This document shows, piece after piece, positions 35,656-48,150 of a stretch of DNA of 64,000 nt. Under the pieces are notes generated by a model. The model saw only the letters and a list, made by a program, of their open reading frames with translations. It was not told the DNA's origin and did not search any database. The DNA comes from Lama guanicoe. Lineage: Eukaryota. The position numbers and the translations under genes were made by a program. The stretch lies in NCBI GenBank assembly GCA_013239625.1, contig MU053881.1, forward strand, positions 3,741,957 to 3,805,956. Reading direction: 5' to 3'. The stretch's first letter is position 1; every line of letters starts with the position of its first letter.

Positions 35656-36062
35656 AGTATTTCTCAACTTTTTATATTCATTATTGTCCCCCTAAGGAGA
35701 CTTTTAAATTGAGGGGGTATTTAGGTTACTTATTTATTTATTTATTTGTTCGTTCATTCATTCTCTCATTCATTCATTTACTGGAGGTACTGGGGATTGA
35801 ACCCAGAACCTCGTGCATGCTAAGCACATGCTCTACCACTGAACTATACCCTTTCCCCCTAGATTTTTTTTTCTAATTTCCAATCCTACCTGCCTCCTCA
35901 TGAAATTTCATCACTGTACGTACTGTATGTCTGTCTTACGGACCTTATGTATATTTGTGCTTTTTCCATTTAAAAGAGTCAGATTTTTTTTTTTCACTCT
36001 CTCGACTCCAGGAACCACAATTCACATCCTTAGGGGCAATACCAACCCTGTTGAGAAGGCGT
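35656..36062. mobile_element. old hAT-Charlie-type element split by a SINE
   Basis: Termini 'cagtatttctcaac' and 'gttgagaag'; 'cattattgtccccctaaggag'. Confidence 0.55.
35710..35859 (-). mobile_element. Vic-1-type SINE (long form)
   Basis: 'ggaggtactggggattgaacccagaacctcgtgcatgctaagcacatgctctaccactgaactataccc'. Confidence 0.92.
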
Positions 36063-37544
36063 GTTTTTGCATGAAATGGGACGAGCAGCGTTTCCTTTGT
36101 TCACAAAGAGCCAGAGTCCTCCCTTTGCCTCGACTCTGTTCTCATGGCCTCCTCCCCAGATGGGCGTTGCTTGTTACGGGGACGGCTTGGGAAGAACCTA
36201 GCAATTCAAAGTCAAGGACCAGTTAAGTAAATTACGGTGTCTTCTCAACACGGAATACTTTATGGCCGGAGCACGCCGTATTTACACGCATGTTGGTTTA
36301 CGTGGAGAGCCGTGCAGAGGACAGTTGGTGAGGGACACAGCAAACTCCCTAGTGGTCAATGTGCAGATACATTTAGAAAAAGCCTGGAGTTGAATCTGCC
36401 AATGTTCTTGCTGTGTTGGGGAGCTTGAAGAGTTTCTTCCTTCTTCTCTCCATTGCATCTTTCCTTCCTTCCCTCCTTCCTCCCTCCCTCCCTCCCTCTC
36501 TCTCTCTGTGACTTTAACCTGTGCTTTCTAGTTTTTCTATAAGGAACGTACACGATTGCGTAGCCAAAATGAGGGAATTAAAAAATTCACAAAGAACGCT
36601 CACACCATAGATTTCTAAGAGACAAGCACTTTTATGGTGGTGTGAGGGCCCTGCATGGTGGTCCAGGACCCCTATCTGATGAGCAGCCTCCTGGGTCCTC
36701 AGCGAGGACACCTCTCTGCCCATCGTCTCTGTTGGTAAATCCTTTGGATCCCCTTGGGGCAGGAGCTCAGGCATCCCCAGCTCCAGGCCTGGGCCCCGAA
36801 TGCGATCTCAGACCTCCTGCTGTGGAGATGCCCTGAAAAGTCTGCCTGCGAGTGGAGGAAAGTATCAGAGAGTTAGGGTCCTCCCGCAGGACCTTCTTCC
36901 ATCTCTGCTTAGACCCAGTGAGGCCACTGGAAGGCTGAAGGACTTTTTTTTTTTAATCGTCTCTTCTTTGCCCTCAGTCCAGACATAACACCATTTGATG
37001 TCAAGTTGCTACTGACCGTCTGATTCTTTGTGATATCTATTTAGCATTAGGGCAGCACTGGGCATGTAGCAAAAATAAATGTTTTCTAATGAAGAAGTGA
37101 AGATATTAGGCTTTGGGTTGATCCATACCTTTGCAGAAGTTTCAAGAAGGCCCAGCCCCAGGGCCTGCCGCAGAGTGAGCTCTGAATAGAAACAAATTTC
37201 TTGAAGAATTTCACAAGTGGAAAACGCGTCATTTAAATATTATCCTTCCTATGATCAGAGGTTGAGAAATGTGGAACCCACTACATTCCCCTTCTTGACT
37301 TTGATTTCTCCCCACTTTAGGGATTTCCTGCTTGTGATAGATTCCATCCGGAACCAAATCCCCCAGACTGGTTCCTGCTCTAACGTGTCCTCACCTCCCA
37401 CGTGGCTTTTCCAGGGGACCCCTCCCGACCCTCTCCATTGGATCGGGCCCCCTATTAGCAATTCTTAGAACTCTCTGTACTCCCACCCCCAGCACTTATC
37501 ACAGTTGTAATTATATAGTTAAATGTGCAATTATCTAATGATAT

Positions 37545-37770
37545 TAATAAGCAGCATTTAATGAGTACTTGTTACGCACCCAGCGCTGTGCTAAATGCTT
37601 TAATCCCGAGTCCATCATCATTTAATCCTCATGACAATACGATGAAGCTCTAGGATTATTGTCATTTTGCAGAAGAGGAAACTGAGTCTCAGAGGGGTTA
37701 CCCAATTAGGCCAAAGTTGCACCACCGGTTAATAGCAGAGTCGGGGTTGATACCCAAACCACCTGCCCAC
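37545..37770 (-). mobile_element. MIR SINE (near full length)
   Basis: 'catttaatcctcatgacaa...attttgcagaagaggaaactgagtctcagagggg'. Confidence 0.88.
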
Positions 37771-37799
37771 CCAGAGCCTATGCAGGGAGCTCCTTTAGC

Positions 37800-38300
37800 A
37801 GAACCTTCCAAGACATGTCCCCTGGGGGCCAAGCCAGATGTTAAGAGATTAGGAGTTTGTATGTGAAAATACAGATGTCTGGTTTCTCTTGAAAAATTGA
37901 CAGATGCAGCCATGCTGGGCTCATCCGTTCACGACGACAATCAGCTAAAACTGAGTGGCTGCTTCCCCATCAAGGGCCGGTTACGTAAATCATGGTGCAT
38001 TCTCAACATGGAGCACCTTATGGCCGCAGTGCAGTCAGTGGGGTGAGCAGGTGAAGCCGCTGCAGCTGAGGGGCGGGGCCCCAGTTTCACCAGCAGACCC
38101 ATGGCTCACCGCTCGCTACTCACGACCAAGTAGGAATACAGGCCCCAACTTATCCCATCTTCTGATTTGTCGAGAGAATCAAGAAATCTGCAAACATATG
38201 GGAAATCTCCAGGTTTGCAAATATGGGAAACTCTTTTACATTTCAAAGAGCAATGAAAGCTAAAAAAATGTTTCTTCTTCCCACCTGGCCCTTAGGCAGC
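37800..38300. mobile_element. MER102-like hAT fragments, apparently in both orientations
   Basis: 'tctggtttctcttgaaaaattg' (+) and 'catcttctgatttgtcgagagaatcaagaaatctg' (-). Confidence 0.5.
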
Positions 38301-38699
38301 TGCTGTGTGTACTGGGTGGTGGGGTCGGGGAGCTGTGGATGGATTTGTAAGGACAGGGGGGCCTGGTCCAGACCTGAGAGTGGACGAGATCCCTCAGAGA
38401 TCTATCTGGGGATAAGTGAGGCATGAAGGGGGATGGGCACGGGGGGGATTTGGGTGCTAGAATCACCAGGACTTGGTATCTTGATGAGAATGGGGAAGCT
38501 TCTCACCGACTCAGGGTCTACAGGGTGGACAAGGTCAGCCTCAGGCGGTGGTAAGAGAGTACGTAGGTGCTTCCAGAGGCCTCCTCTGGCTCCGCGTTTC
38601 TGTTTGAGCCCCAATCACAGGACAAGCACTGGACAAGAATCTGGGGGTTGAAGGTCCCAAACACTGGGACCCTGCACTCCAGCAGCTCTCAACACAAGG

Positions 38700-39160
38700 T
38701 CACTTACCAGTTTATCATTTATCAGCTACAGACAGAGAAAACTCCCCTCAGAGTACTTAAAACAGATAGAGGTTTACTTGCCTCACACAAGGGGAGTTTG
38801 GAGGCAGGCGGACGGTCCAGAAGGGTTGGACAGCTCTGCGACTTTCAGAGACTCAGACCTTTGCTCTCTGCTTTCTTTGTCATCCTCCCCACATGGCTTC
38901 CATCTCATGGCCCAAAATGGCTTCCAGAGTGACTGCCATCACATCTGCATTCCACCTGGTAGGAAAGAGAAACATAAATAAATAAAATAAAGGGAAGAAC
39001 CCTTCTCTTTTTAGCCATAGCTTAGTGACATGGTCACACTCAGCCATCAGGGCAGCTGAGAACTCTCTTGATTCCAGGTGCCCAGCGACATTCAGAGCTT
39101 CTGGTATCAAAGGAGAAGGGAAGAACAAATACTGCAGGGCTACTAGCAGCCTTAGCCTCA
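38700..39160 (-). mobile_element. old MaLR/ERVL LTR (MLT1J-like)
   Basis: 'tcatggcccaaaatggcttc...ccatcacatctgcattcca...cttagtgacatggtcacact'. Confidence 0.55.
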
Positions 39161-39420
39161 GATGGGGCCGAATATAGTCTGGCTGGGAGTATTTGGGGGA
39201 CTGAGTGTCCTTCGTTGCCCCAGTCCTCTTAAGCTGAATTACAGAATGAGCGGACCAAGTCCGGGTCTGAGTTCCAGGAAATTTAGCAAGCAAAGCCTTA
39301 ATCACAATGACCCACAGAGAGCAGGAGGGGAGTGCGTGATGATGCTCAGGCAGCTCTGGCCCCAGAAGCCGCGTCAGCAGTGGGCCAGTGGGAAATAGTG
39401 CATTTGGGAAGCCCGCATAA

Positions 39421-39454
39421 ACACACTCACACACACACACACACACACACACAC
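39421..39454. repeat. (CA)n microsatellite
   Basis: Directly visible. Confidence 0.97.
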
Positions 39455-41089
39455 GCATATATACACACAAGCGCACTTATGCAAACAGATTTGCACGTAC
39501 TCACACCCCTTTCCTCTGCTGTCCCAGCAAGTCAGTGGCTGGAAGGATGGAGTCAGAGGGACTGGCTTTCAGCTTTAGTGCCACCGCTGGCCACGTGACT
39601 TAAACTTAAGTCACGGCACCATCTCAGAGGCTCATAAAACGAAGCAAGGAGGTCCCTCACGGCCAGCCTGTCATGTGGATGACACGAGAAAACATATAAG
39701 AAGCAGAAATGCTGGCTTCCTTTTTTTCTTTCACATCAGCTTCACCAAAGCATAGTAGCCTGTGGGATTTTTCAGGGAAGAGAAAGCTTTGGTTGTGGCC
39801 GAGGTATGAGAATTGATCAACGATGTGCCTGGGAGCCTGAAGGACATGGGGCCGGTTAGTCTCATCGCATTAACATGTACCTGACAACTTCGGAGATACG
39901 GCTTGTTCTCTTCGACTGGTATTTATTGTCCTGGGCTGGGCTGTGTCTGAGAAACACTCAGCAGAGGCACCAACAAATGGCCGGCTCCACTTGGAATTTG
40001 GAAACCGATCACGCAGTTATCATTATTTCTGCAAGGAAGGGCTTGCATGTCATTTGTTACTAAAGGGGGGACCCCTAAAACCTTACTTAGAAAAGCAAAG
40101 CCGTCAGCCGCCTTCTGCTCTCCAGCGGCCTTGGCCTGAGGCTGCGCTGCAGCTTCCTGCGTAAGGGGCCAGCAGACGGGATGGGAGCCCCCCTGTGTCT
40201 CTGAGGTCTTGCTGAGGAAAGTTTGTCCGTGAAGTCAGAAGTCTATGTGGCCCAGGTGGGGAGCTGCGAAGTTTATTTCGAGCTAAGTTGTGAATGTGCT
40301 GATAACTGGGAACGGTGACCTAGATGCCATCCTGCCTCAGGCATCCCCAGGCTTGAGTCAATTACAGGGAGGCAGTCAGGAGAAGGGGCCAGGGGACTGT
40401 CACCCGTTGGCAGCTTGTAAAAGGACTTGGAGAGGACAGCTCCTCTGTAAGGGGCCCTGTTGAGATTCCAAAGCCAGAGGGTCTGCCCTCGCATCCTAAA
40501 GACCCCCCTATCTCCTTGGAGCCCTGTCCCTTGGCCCCTAAGGACCAGTTCGAGTCTGACGGGCTGCTCCGTTCTTCCACGGAAGATAGACAGACCACGT
40601 GTCAGAAAGACAGCAGACTCTGGAAGAAGAGCAGCATCTCCCAAGATCTCCAGAAAGCAAAGCCCATTCTTCTCACTCGTTCCCCAGACCTCGTCTCTCA
40701 GCGACTGGCCCCAACGTTTACACCACTGCACACGGTTTATGTTCCCTGGGGTCAGCCTCCACGATGTCGCCTGTTCATCTTCCACTTAGCACGGGCCACA
40801 TGGTGATTCACTTCTTGTCTTCTGTTCTTCTCTAGACTCTTCTAACCTGGCCTCTCTCCTTCCTCTGGGTGGCTGGGGACCTTGATTGGCCTCCCTGCCT
40901 CCAGTCTCAGCCACATCAGACCGTGCACCACCACACATGCACGTGGGCAAACCCTGAAGAGCTTCTGTGAACCGTGCCGACTCACTGCCCTTTGTTTTCA
41001 TTCAATTTATTTTAAGCCACCAGCCTCTTTTTTTTTTTTTTGACTTCCATCAATCATACATGTAAGATACGGTGGCTGTATGCTTCTTT

Positions 41090-41560
41090 GGAAAAAAATG
41101 TCGAAAAGTACAACTGTAAACAAGGTCAAAAGTGATCATTCCTTTCCACTGCTTTCTCCGAATCCTTTCTCCTAATGCTCTGACATTCACTTTGGGGCGC
41201 GCTGACTTTTCCTCTCGGCCTGTGCTGGTATACAAACTCATAGTTTGGGGGTTCTAGACGTCTAAGTGAGGTCACCCCAGCCTTGCTGTTTCCCCTGAAC
41301 AGCATCCCCTGGGGAATCTCTTCATGTCCCTGCTCGGGGACCCCCTTCACTCCTCTGTGAGCTGCCTACTGCCGCACAGTGTGGGCAAACTGTGATTTAT
41401 TGAACCGAACTTGAGGACATTCAGTTGTTTATAAATTTGAGTGACTTAGCAACCCTCCAGTGAAGATCTTTAAACACACCCCTCTGTGCCTGTGTGTTTT
41501 TGTCAGGGTGATTCCTGTGAGTGGGATTTCTGGGTCAGAGGGTGAATCAACTCTTTCAAA
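41090..41560 (-). mobile_element. old L1ME fragment
   Basis: 'gaggacattcagttgttt...gattcctgtgagtgggatttctgggtcagaggg'. Confidence 0.55.
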
Positions 41561-41989
41561 GGCAGCTATGGGGACTGAGAGCGCTCGTGACCCTGCACAA
41601 CTCCAGCGATGGAGGCCTGGCTCTGTACCCAGGTCTGGCCTGGCCTCCTGCTCCTGCGCGCAGCACCCCATGCCGTGACAAGGCCAGGTGTGCCTTTCTG
41701 GGCTCACGTCTTTGTGTTCCGCAGGTCCACGCTGAATTGTCCCCCTCTCCCTCTCTGCCTGCTTGGCTCCCACTTCTCAATTGAGACCAAAGTTACACTT
41801 CATTTTCTCTGAACTGTCTTTAAAATAACCCAGTCTGAATGCTCCCAGTGCTTTGCTCACAGGCCTTGATTTTGGCACAGGGCACATTGTAATTACAGTG
41901 GTTTATTTGAGGATCGGCCCTCCGTCCATCCTGAGCAACTCAAGGGCCAGGTCTGGGTCTTATTCATGTTTACATGCCTGGTGCCCAAC

Positions 41990-42539
41990 TGTTGCCAAAA
42001 TACAGCCTCTGTACCCCACTTACCAAATTGAGACTTGAGGACAGAGTTTTGGATGAAGGAGAAAAGGCAGCTTTATTTCTTTTCCAGGTAAAAGAGGTCA
42101 CAGTGGGCTAGTGTCTCTAAGACTGTGAGCCCCCTGGGAGAGAAGGCAGGGGGGTTTATAGCAAAATTTCAAGAGTTCAAGGGGCGGGGCTAGTTTCCAC
42201 AGAGACTGAATGCAGACTCTTGCAAAGTTGCTCTTGCTTTTGCAGATGCAGTGGTCCCCTTCCTTCTGCTGGGTGTGAAGTTCACTTCTGGCTTTGGGAC
42301 TGCCTTAATATTCTTGTACCTAGAACAAAGGATGCCTAGAGGAAAACTTGTGCAGTTTAAAGTCAGATTGATAAATGCTTTTTGCCTTTTAAGCAGGCTG
42401 AGGCCTGGGACCTCCTGTTGCGGGCTGAGGACTGCAGCTCAAACATCAAACAACAGGATACAAGGGAACAACAAGGGGCCAAATACAACTGCAAATATGC
42501 ACAGTGGGGTGAGTTATGAACAAAAAGATGCACAAAACA
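41990..42539 (-). mobile_element. intact solo ERV LTR (550 bp)
   Basis: TGTT...AACA termini; exact 6-bp TSD cccaac (41984-41989, 42540-42545); on the - strand GC box (42181-42190), TATAAA (~42155-42160) and AATAAA (~42073-42078) in U3-R order. Confidence 0.88.
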
Positions 42540-43249
42540 CCCAACTGCTGTTTCTGAGGCTCTGGGGTTATGAGGAGGGTGCTGGGGTGCTGTGAGCAGG
42601 GCACCAGGCATGATCCCTGCACGCAGCACCACGAGGGGTTTGGGCAGACCACCCAAGCCTCCCTCCTCTCCAGCCCAACCCTGGGCACCAAGAGCATGAG
42701 AAAAACCCTTTAAACCATCATACAGCTAAGAAGTTACAAACAACATTGCAGATGTCCGAGGGTCACCAATGATGACAACAGGGTCCTGCTTAGTTACACA
42801 ACGCTGAGACTGGTCAGTGGAATGCCGAGCAGATGATTGCTGAGGGAAGGGATAGATGAGGAACTGAGTTTGTGTTCCTAGAGACTTCCTGGACACAAGG
42901 GAGGTTCTCATCCTGACCCAGCTTCTAGGGGAGAAATGGCCAATTTTGTCCTCTATTTCCATGGTGTGGCATGTGTTGGACAGAATGACTGTCCCCTCAA
43001 AGGATCTTCTTATCTACATACCTGGAACCTAGGAATGTTACAGGTTATAGGGTTTATTTTATTTTATTTTATTTTATCTTATTTTATTTTATATTGCAGT
43101 TCAACCTTTTCTTTGAATAAAATCAGAATATGCACAGCATATGCAGCACCACCATCTGAAGTCATACAGAAAGCAATTACTGAAGCTTCAGTGACTGGAG
43201 TTCCAATCTTTACATTTAGCAGGCATAAATCCATTCTTACCTGGTTCCC

Positions 43250-43903
43250 TAAATGGACATATAACCGACATACAACATTATATTAGTTTCAGGTGTATAA
43301 CAGAATGATTCAATATATGTATATACTACAAAAGGGTCACCACAGTAAATCTAGTTAATGGTTAACATCCATTGTGATGAACCAGAGATGATCATATTAA
43401 GTGAAGTAAGTCAGACAGAGACAGACAAACGTCATATGATATCGTTTATACATGGAACCTAAAAAAAGATACAAATTTTATTTACAAAACAGAAATAGAC
43501 TCATGGACATAGAAAACAAATGATTACCAAAAGGAAAAGGGGGAGGGGGAAGGAAAAATTAGGAGTCTTGGACTAACAGATACACACAACTATATGTGAA
43601 GTAGATAAACAACAAGGGCCTACTATATAGCACAGGGAATTATAATCAATTTCTTGTAATAAGCTATAATGGAAGAGAATCAGAAAATATATATATATAT
43701 GCATGTATATGTATATATATGTACAATTGAATCACTTTGCTGTACAGCTGAAACTAACATTGTAAATCAACTACATTTCAATTCGAAATTTTAAAAACGT
43801 TAAAATCCACTGGCACAGAGTTACAATGATTTTTTCATGCGATGTGAACTTTTAAGCTCTGCTCTCCTAGCAACTTTCGAAAATACAATACAGTATTATT
43901 AAC
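43250..43903 (-). mobile_element. older L1 (L1MA-like) 3' end, split by a younger L1
   Basis: 'gacatacaacattatattagtttcaggtgta' ... 'gaacttttaagctct...tagcaactttcgaaaatacaatacagtattattaac'; flanking cttacct repeats. Confidence 0.85.
43375..43798 (+). mobile_element. younger L1 3' end nested in the older L1
   Basis: 'gatgatcatattaagtgaagtaagtcagacagag...cattgtaaatcaactacatttcaa'; TSD gttaacatccattg/gttaaaatccactg (12/14). Confidence 0.92.
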
Positions 43904-45674
43904 CTTACCTAATTTTAAAACCTTATTTATTAACCAAAAATGTGGCTTGCTGATAAAACTTGCTCGAATTTTATCTCTGAATGCCCACGTCGCTGATCAT
44001 GCCCACAGGGCAAAGATAGCCACATGTTTGAGGATTGCAATGTGCCAGACATTCCCTGAAAAAAAGACATGCACACAACTAAACAAAACGCACACACAAA
44101 AAAATCTGAGAATCTGGACACTTTGTATCACTCTCTTGAAGTGTTTTATTCATATCTTAAGACAAGTAAATCAAAACTTTGGCATGATTTAATCTCAAGT
44201 TGCCAATTTTGTTTTTACCAACATCAGAAAGTTACGCTACACAGCCAGTGCCAGGTTTGCTTGCTATGACAAAAGAGACTTTGCAGATGTGATTATATTA
44301 CAGATCTTAAAGAGGAGAGATTATAGTGGATTACCTGGGTGGGTCCTAAATGCCATCACAAAATGTCCTTGTATGAGGGAAGCGGAGGGAGATTCGACAC
44401 AGAGGAAGAGGTGCTGTGATCATGCAGACAGAGCAGGAGTGATGCGGCCACAAGCCAAGGCTTGCTGGCAGCCACCAGACGCTCCAAGAGCCTCGGGAAG
44501 GGAGCATGGCCTGGCCCACGCCTTGATTTCAGCCCTAGTGAAACTGATTTCCAACTTCTGGCTCCCAGAACTGTGAGAGAACACGTTTCTGCTGTCGTAA
44601 GCCACCAACTTTGTGGTCATTCGTCACAGAGACCACAGAAAACTAATGCATGGAGTAAGTGTTCCCAGTGGCTGAGATGATGCCAGAAGCTTGTGACTCT
44701 CCACGCATTAGGGACACAGCTCTTTCCCCAAAGTTTTCGGTGCCCCACCCAAGCAGACAAGTTCAACTAGAGTGAGGCAACGTGAGAATAGTGCAGTGAA
44801 ATGGCATCAAATGAGGATTTTCAGCTTAGCTTAGAAACTTCAGCTGTGCAAGTGAGCGGGGGTGGGGGGGCAGGGATTCAGGCAGAGAGCACGTTTAACT
44901 GTGGGAAACACTGTGAGAATTATGAATGCGTGGAAACTGACCTGCAAATGGTGGTCCGCAGTCGTCCATACTCAGCTGGAGACATCCCGTGATTCCCCAG
45001 CGCCTCTATATTTGGGCTCGTTGTCTTAATGCCTAAGTTATGTTTTGGCAGTTAACTTGGTAAATTTGGAAGGTGCATTGACTTACTGGCCTCTTTTATA
45101 CTACTATTATTATTATTTTAACATTCAATGGTCCCACAGTGGTCATTCAAAGAGTTAATGTAGCTTTCCAGAAGTCCTTAATGTATTTTTAGCACTGCAG
45201 GAATTTGGCCCAGTGCAATGACAGAGCTATCATTTTTACGAGTGTGACTTTTCTTTCTCGCACAAGTATTACGTCCACTGTAACTTCAAAAATGAGTCAC
45301 ACTCCCACCACCCAAACAATTCTCTCGCATATTCCCTTCCTGTCTCTGTCCATCTGCAGATTCATTTGTCATCGTCTGGATGATAGCTTAGATGCAATTT
45401 CATAAACTTCTCTTTTCTCTTGATAATCTAGCAAAAACATTTTCCATGATGCTACTTAGTGTTTATAATAAACATTTTTTAATGACTGTGTCAAATTCTT
45501 TTGAATGGACGCCCCATAACTAACGTGACAATTACCCTATTGCTGTGCGTTTTGATGGTGTCCGATTTTTTCATGAGTGTCAGTAAGACTTCATTATAGC
45601 CTGGTCTTCATTTTGGGTCATTTACTGAGATAAATTTCTAAGCCTGGCATTACTCGGTCAAATCATATGAAAAT

Positions 45675-45885
45675 TAGGAGCTTGGGATTAACAGATGTAC
45701 ACTACTGTATATAAAATAGATAAACAACAAAGACTTATTGTACAGCACAGGGAACTGTCATCAATATCTTGTAATAACCTATAATGGAAAAGAATCTGAA
45801 AAAGTATATGCATATATATATAACTGAATCACTATGCTGTATACCAGAAACACAACATTATAAATCAACTATACTTCAGTTAAAA
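45675..45885 (+). mobile_element. short L1 3' end with 15-bp TSD, inside an old antisense L1M fragment (~45430-46110)
   Basis: TSD aaatcatatgaaaat (45660-45674) / aaatcgtatgaaaat (45886-45900). Confidence 0.92.
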
Positions 45886-46289
45886 AAATCGTATGAAAAT
45901 GTATATGTTATTTTTCAATAAAGCTGAACCAATTAAACCTGCACAACCACTACACTGGTGTGTTTCAGTTTCTCCCTCATTGTTAACAGTAAGGGAGGCT
46001 AGCATTATTTTTCACTGAATTTAATTGATATTAAGTAACACATTTCTGTTGTTTTCATTTGCATCTCTCTGAGTCTTCCCAAAGCTCGAATAGCTTTTCA
46101 TGTTTGTCCCTTAATTGCACACATTATGGCTGCTCTTAACTCACATATGAGGGTCTGGATTTTTTTTTTTTCTGATGAAGCTGAATGTACTTTTAATATC
46201 CAAATAGGTATTGATTTTGTCTAATATATTTACATCATTTTTTTTAACTTCTCAGGTCTCCTCTTTTGTTCCTCTAATTACAGAGTAGT

Positions 46290-46415
46290 TTAGAGATTAA
46301 TAGCTCCTGCTCTGAAGTCAAGTAGTTGTGAATTCAAATCCCAACCGCTTGACCCTGGGCAAGTACTTCGCATTCCTGAGTCTCAGTTTTCTCATCTGCA
46401 AAATGGAAACACCAT
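46290..46415 (+). mobile_element. MIR SINE
   Basis: 'tgaccctgggcaagtacttcgcattcctgagtctcagttttctcatctgcaaaatgg'. Confidence 0.85.
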
Positions 46416-47569
46416 TGTCTTTTCTCCTTGGAGTTGGTTTTCTTTTCCAGGCTCCTCTTTTGCTTTTTCTATCAGTTACTCCTCCCCTCCTCGACCCCCA
46501 CCCCTCATATAGAAGTTTTACATGTTTACATAGTTGACTCTGTCTTTTTCGGTTTTTCTTTAATGTTCCCAGTGAACTGTCTCTGGTGCATGTTCTCAGG
46601 ATCACAAATGATTACAGCTCTTTGGTGCTCAAATGTGTTCCAGATGGGCCAGGCTCACATGGTAGCCTCGGTTCTGGGCCGGCCTTTCAGCACGGAGGCT
46701 CTTACTGTCATCCAATCGACGGTGTCTGGACTGAGAGAGTAGAGATTTTCCAGTGCAGAAGGGAAAAAATGGAAGGTGTTACTCGAACCCTGGTGGAATT
46801 GCCTATCAGTGCCCCCAAGTGAAAGTTAATATCATTCCAGCCATGGGCAAGAATGCCAAGAATGCTTTGTAAAGTTTTATCTCTTTGCAACTCTCCGTTT
46901 TAATTATTGTCAGGAGGGGACCTACACGCGCCAGGGAAATATCGCAACCCCTCCCCGTGTGGGCGAGTGTCACGATCCACTGCGGACAGGGCCCCCGCTC
47001 CCCACTTCTCTGCCATTCCCTCCACTGTCTGATGATGGGAGAGCTGGCCTTTGGTGCCAGCATTTGAATTCAATCTCCACCACCCTCTAGTGATGGCGAA
47101 GTCTCTTGTGCTCTCAGAGCCTCCGTTTTCTTAACTATGAAATGGAAATACGGGTACCAATCTCAGTGGTTTGATTGCGATGCTTAAATAAGATCATAAA
47201 AGTGGTTAAGGGCTGAGATCAGGGTGAATATCATCTCTCTGCCCACTTCATTATAAATTTGACCATGGTCTTACTCAAAACCTTGAACGACTCTCCAGCC
47301 TGAAGTCTCAACTGTTTATTTATTTTTTTAAAATATTTTTTAATTGATCAACTGTTTGGTTCTTGAGACTTCTCAGCCTCTGCCTCCTGCTCCCTCTCCA
47401 GCTGCCTTTTCAGCTCTGCTGATTCTCAGCTGTGCCATCAGGGTCCAGTTACTTAATCTTTGTGTGTCTCACTTTCCTTATTTGTAAAATGGGAAATAAC
47501 CCTTTCTCCTAGGGTTTTTGCAGGGACTCATCAGCTGCTACATGTAAACAGTCCTGGAGGGTGTTCTGA

Positions 47570-47643
47570 ATGATGAAGCATTATGCTGTACACCAGAAAC
47601 TGACACATTGTAACTGACTATATTTCAATTAAAAAAAAAAAAG
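47570..47643 (+). mobile_element. ~70-bp L1 3' tip inserted in a MIR (~47430-47700)
   Basis: 'cattatgctgtacaccagaaactgacacattgtaactgactatatttcaattaaaaaaaa'; flanking ggagggt repeats. Confidence 0.88.
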
Positions 47644-47939
47644 AATTCCGGAGGGTACCCGGCACCCAGCAGGTGCCCAGTACAAGTTAGCAATTATAAT
47701 CATGATTATTTTCCTCTGCATCCCCCACTGCACCCTGGCCCGTATGGCTCCGTACCTTTGCAGGTACTACTCTCTGTGCCTAGAAGCCCATTCTCTCCCT
47801 CTTTGCTCCCTACTCATCCCTGGGCATCCTTCGAGACTCAGGCCATCTGGGCTTCATCTAGAAGCCTGCCCAGGCTGCATGAGGCGCCCTCCCTGAGGCC
47901 CACCCCGCTCACCATGCTCCTCTCTGTGGCAGTCCGGAG

Positions 47940-48150
47940 GGCTGAGCACTGACTCTGGAGTCAGGCTGCAATCTCAGCTCTGCCTCTTGGTAACTTCAGC
48001 AGCTTGGGCAAGTCCCTCAACATCTCTGTGCCCTGTGCTCTCATACCCCACATGGATACGACAGTGGCTGACCCTTCTGAGATGAAAAAAATAAGCTTAG
48101 GACAGTGCCTGGTACATGATAAGCACACAGTACAAGAGACTATTATTTTG
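47940..48150 (+). mobile_element. MIR SINE
   Basis: 'gactctggagtcaggctg...cttgggcaagtccctcaacatctctgtgcc...agcttaggacagtgcctggtaca'. Confidence 0.85.

Larger units (their letters stand above)
43053..44264 (-). pseudogene. candidate retrocopied 3'UTR fragment of an unidentified gene, interrupted by L1s
   Basis: Non-TE sequence with (TAAAA)n-derived tail at 43053-43091; - strand AATAAA (44145-44150) with GU-rich tract downstream; inserted inside an LTR. Confidence 0.45.
42972..44650 (+). mobile_element. MLT1(C/D-like) LTR split by a ~1.2-kb insertion (halves 42972-43050 and 44265-44650)
   Basis: Left half ends 'cctggaacctaggaatgtta'; right half resumes 'tatgacaaaagagactttgcagatgtgatt' and ends 'aaactaatgca'. 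Confidence 0.85.
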
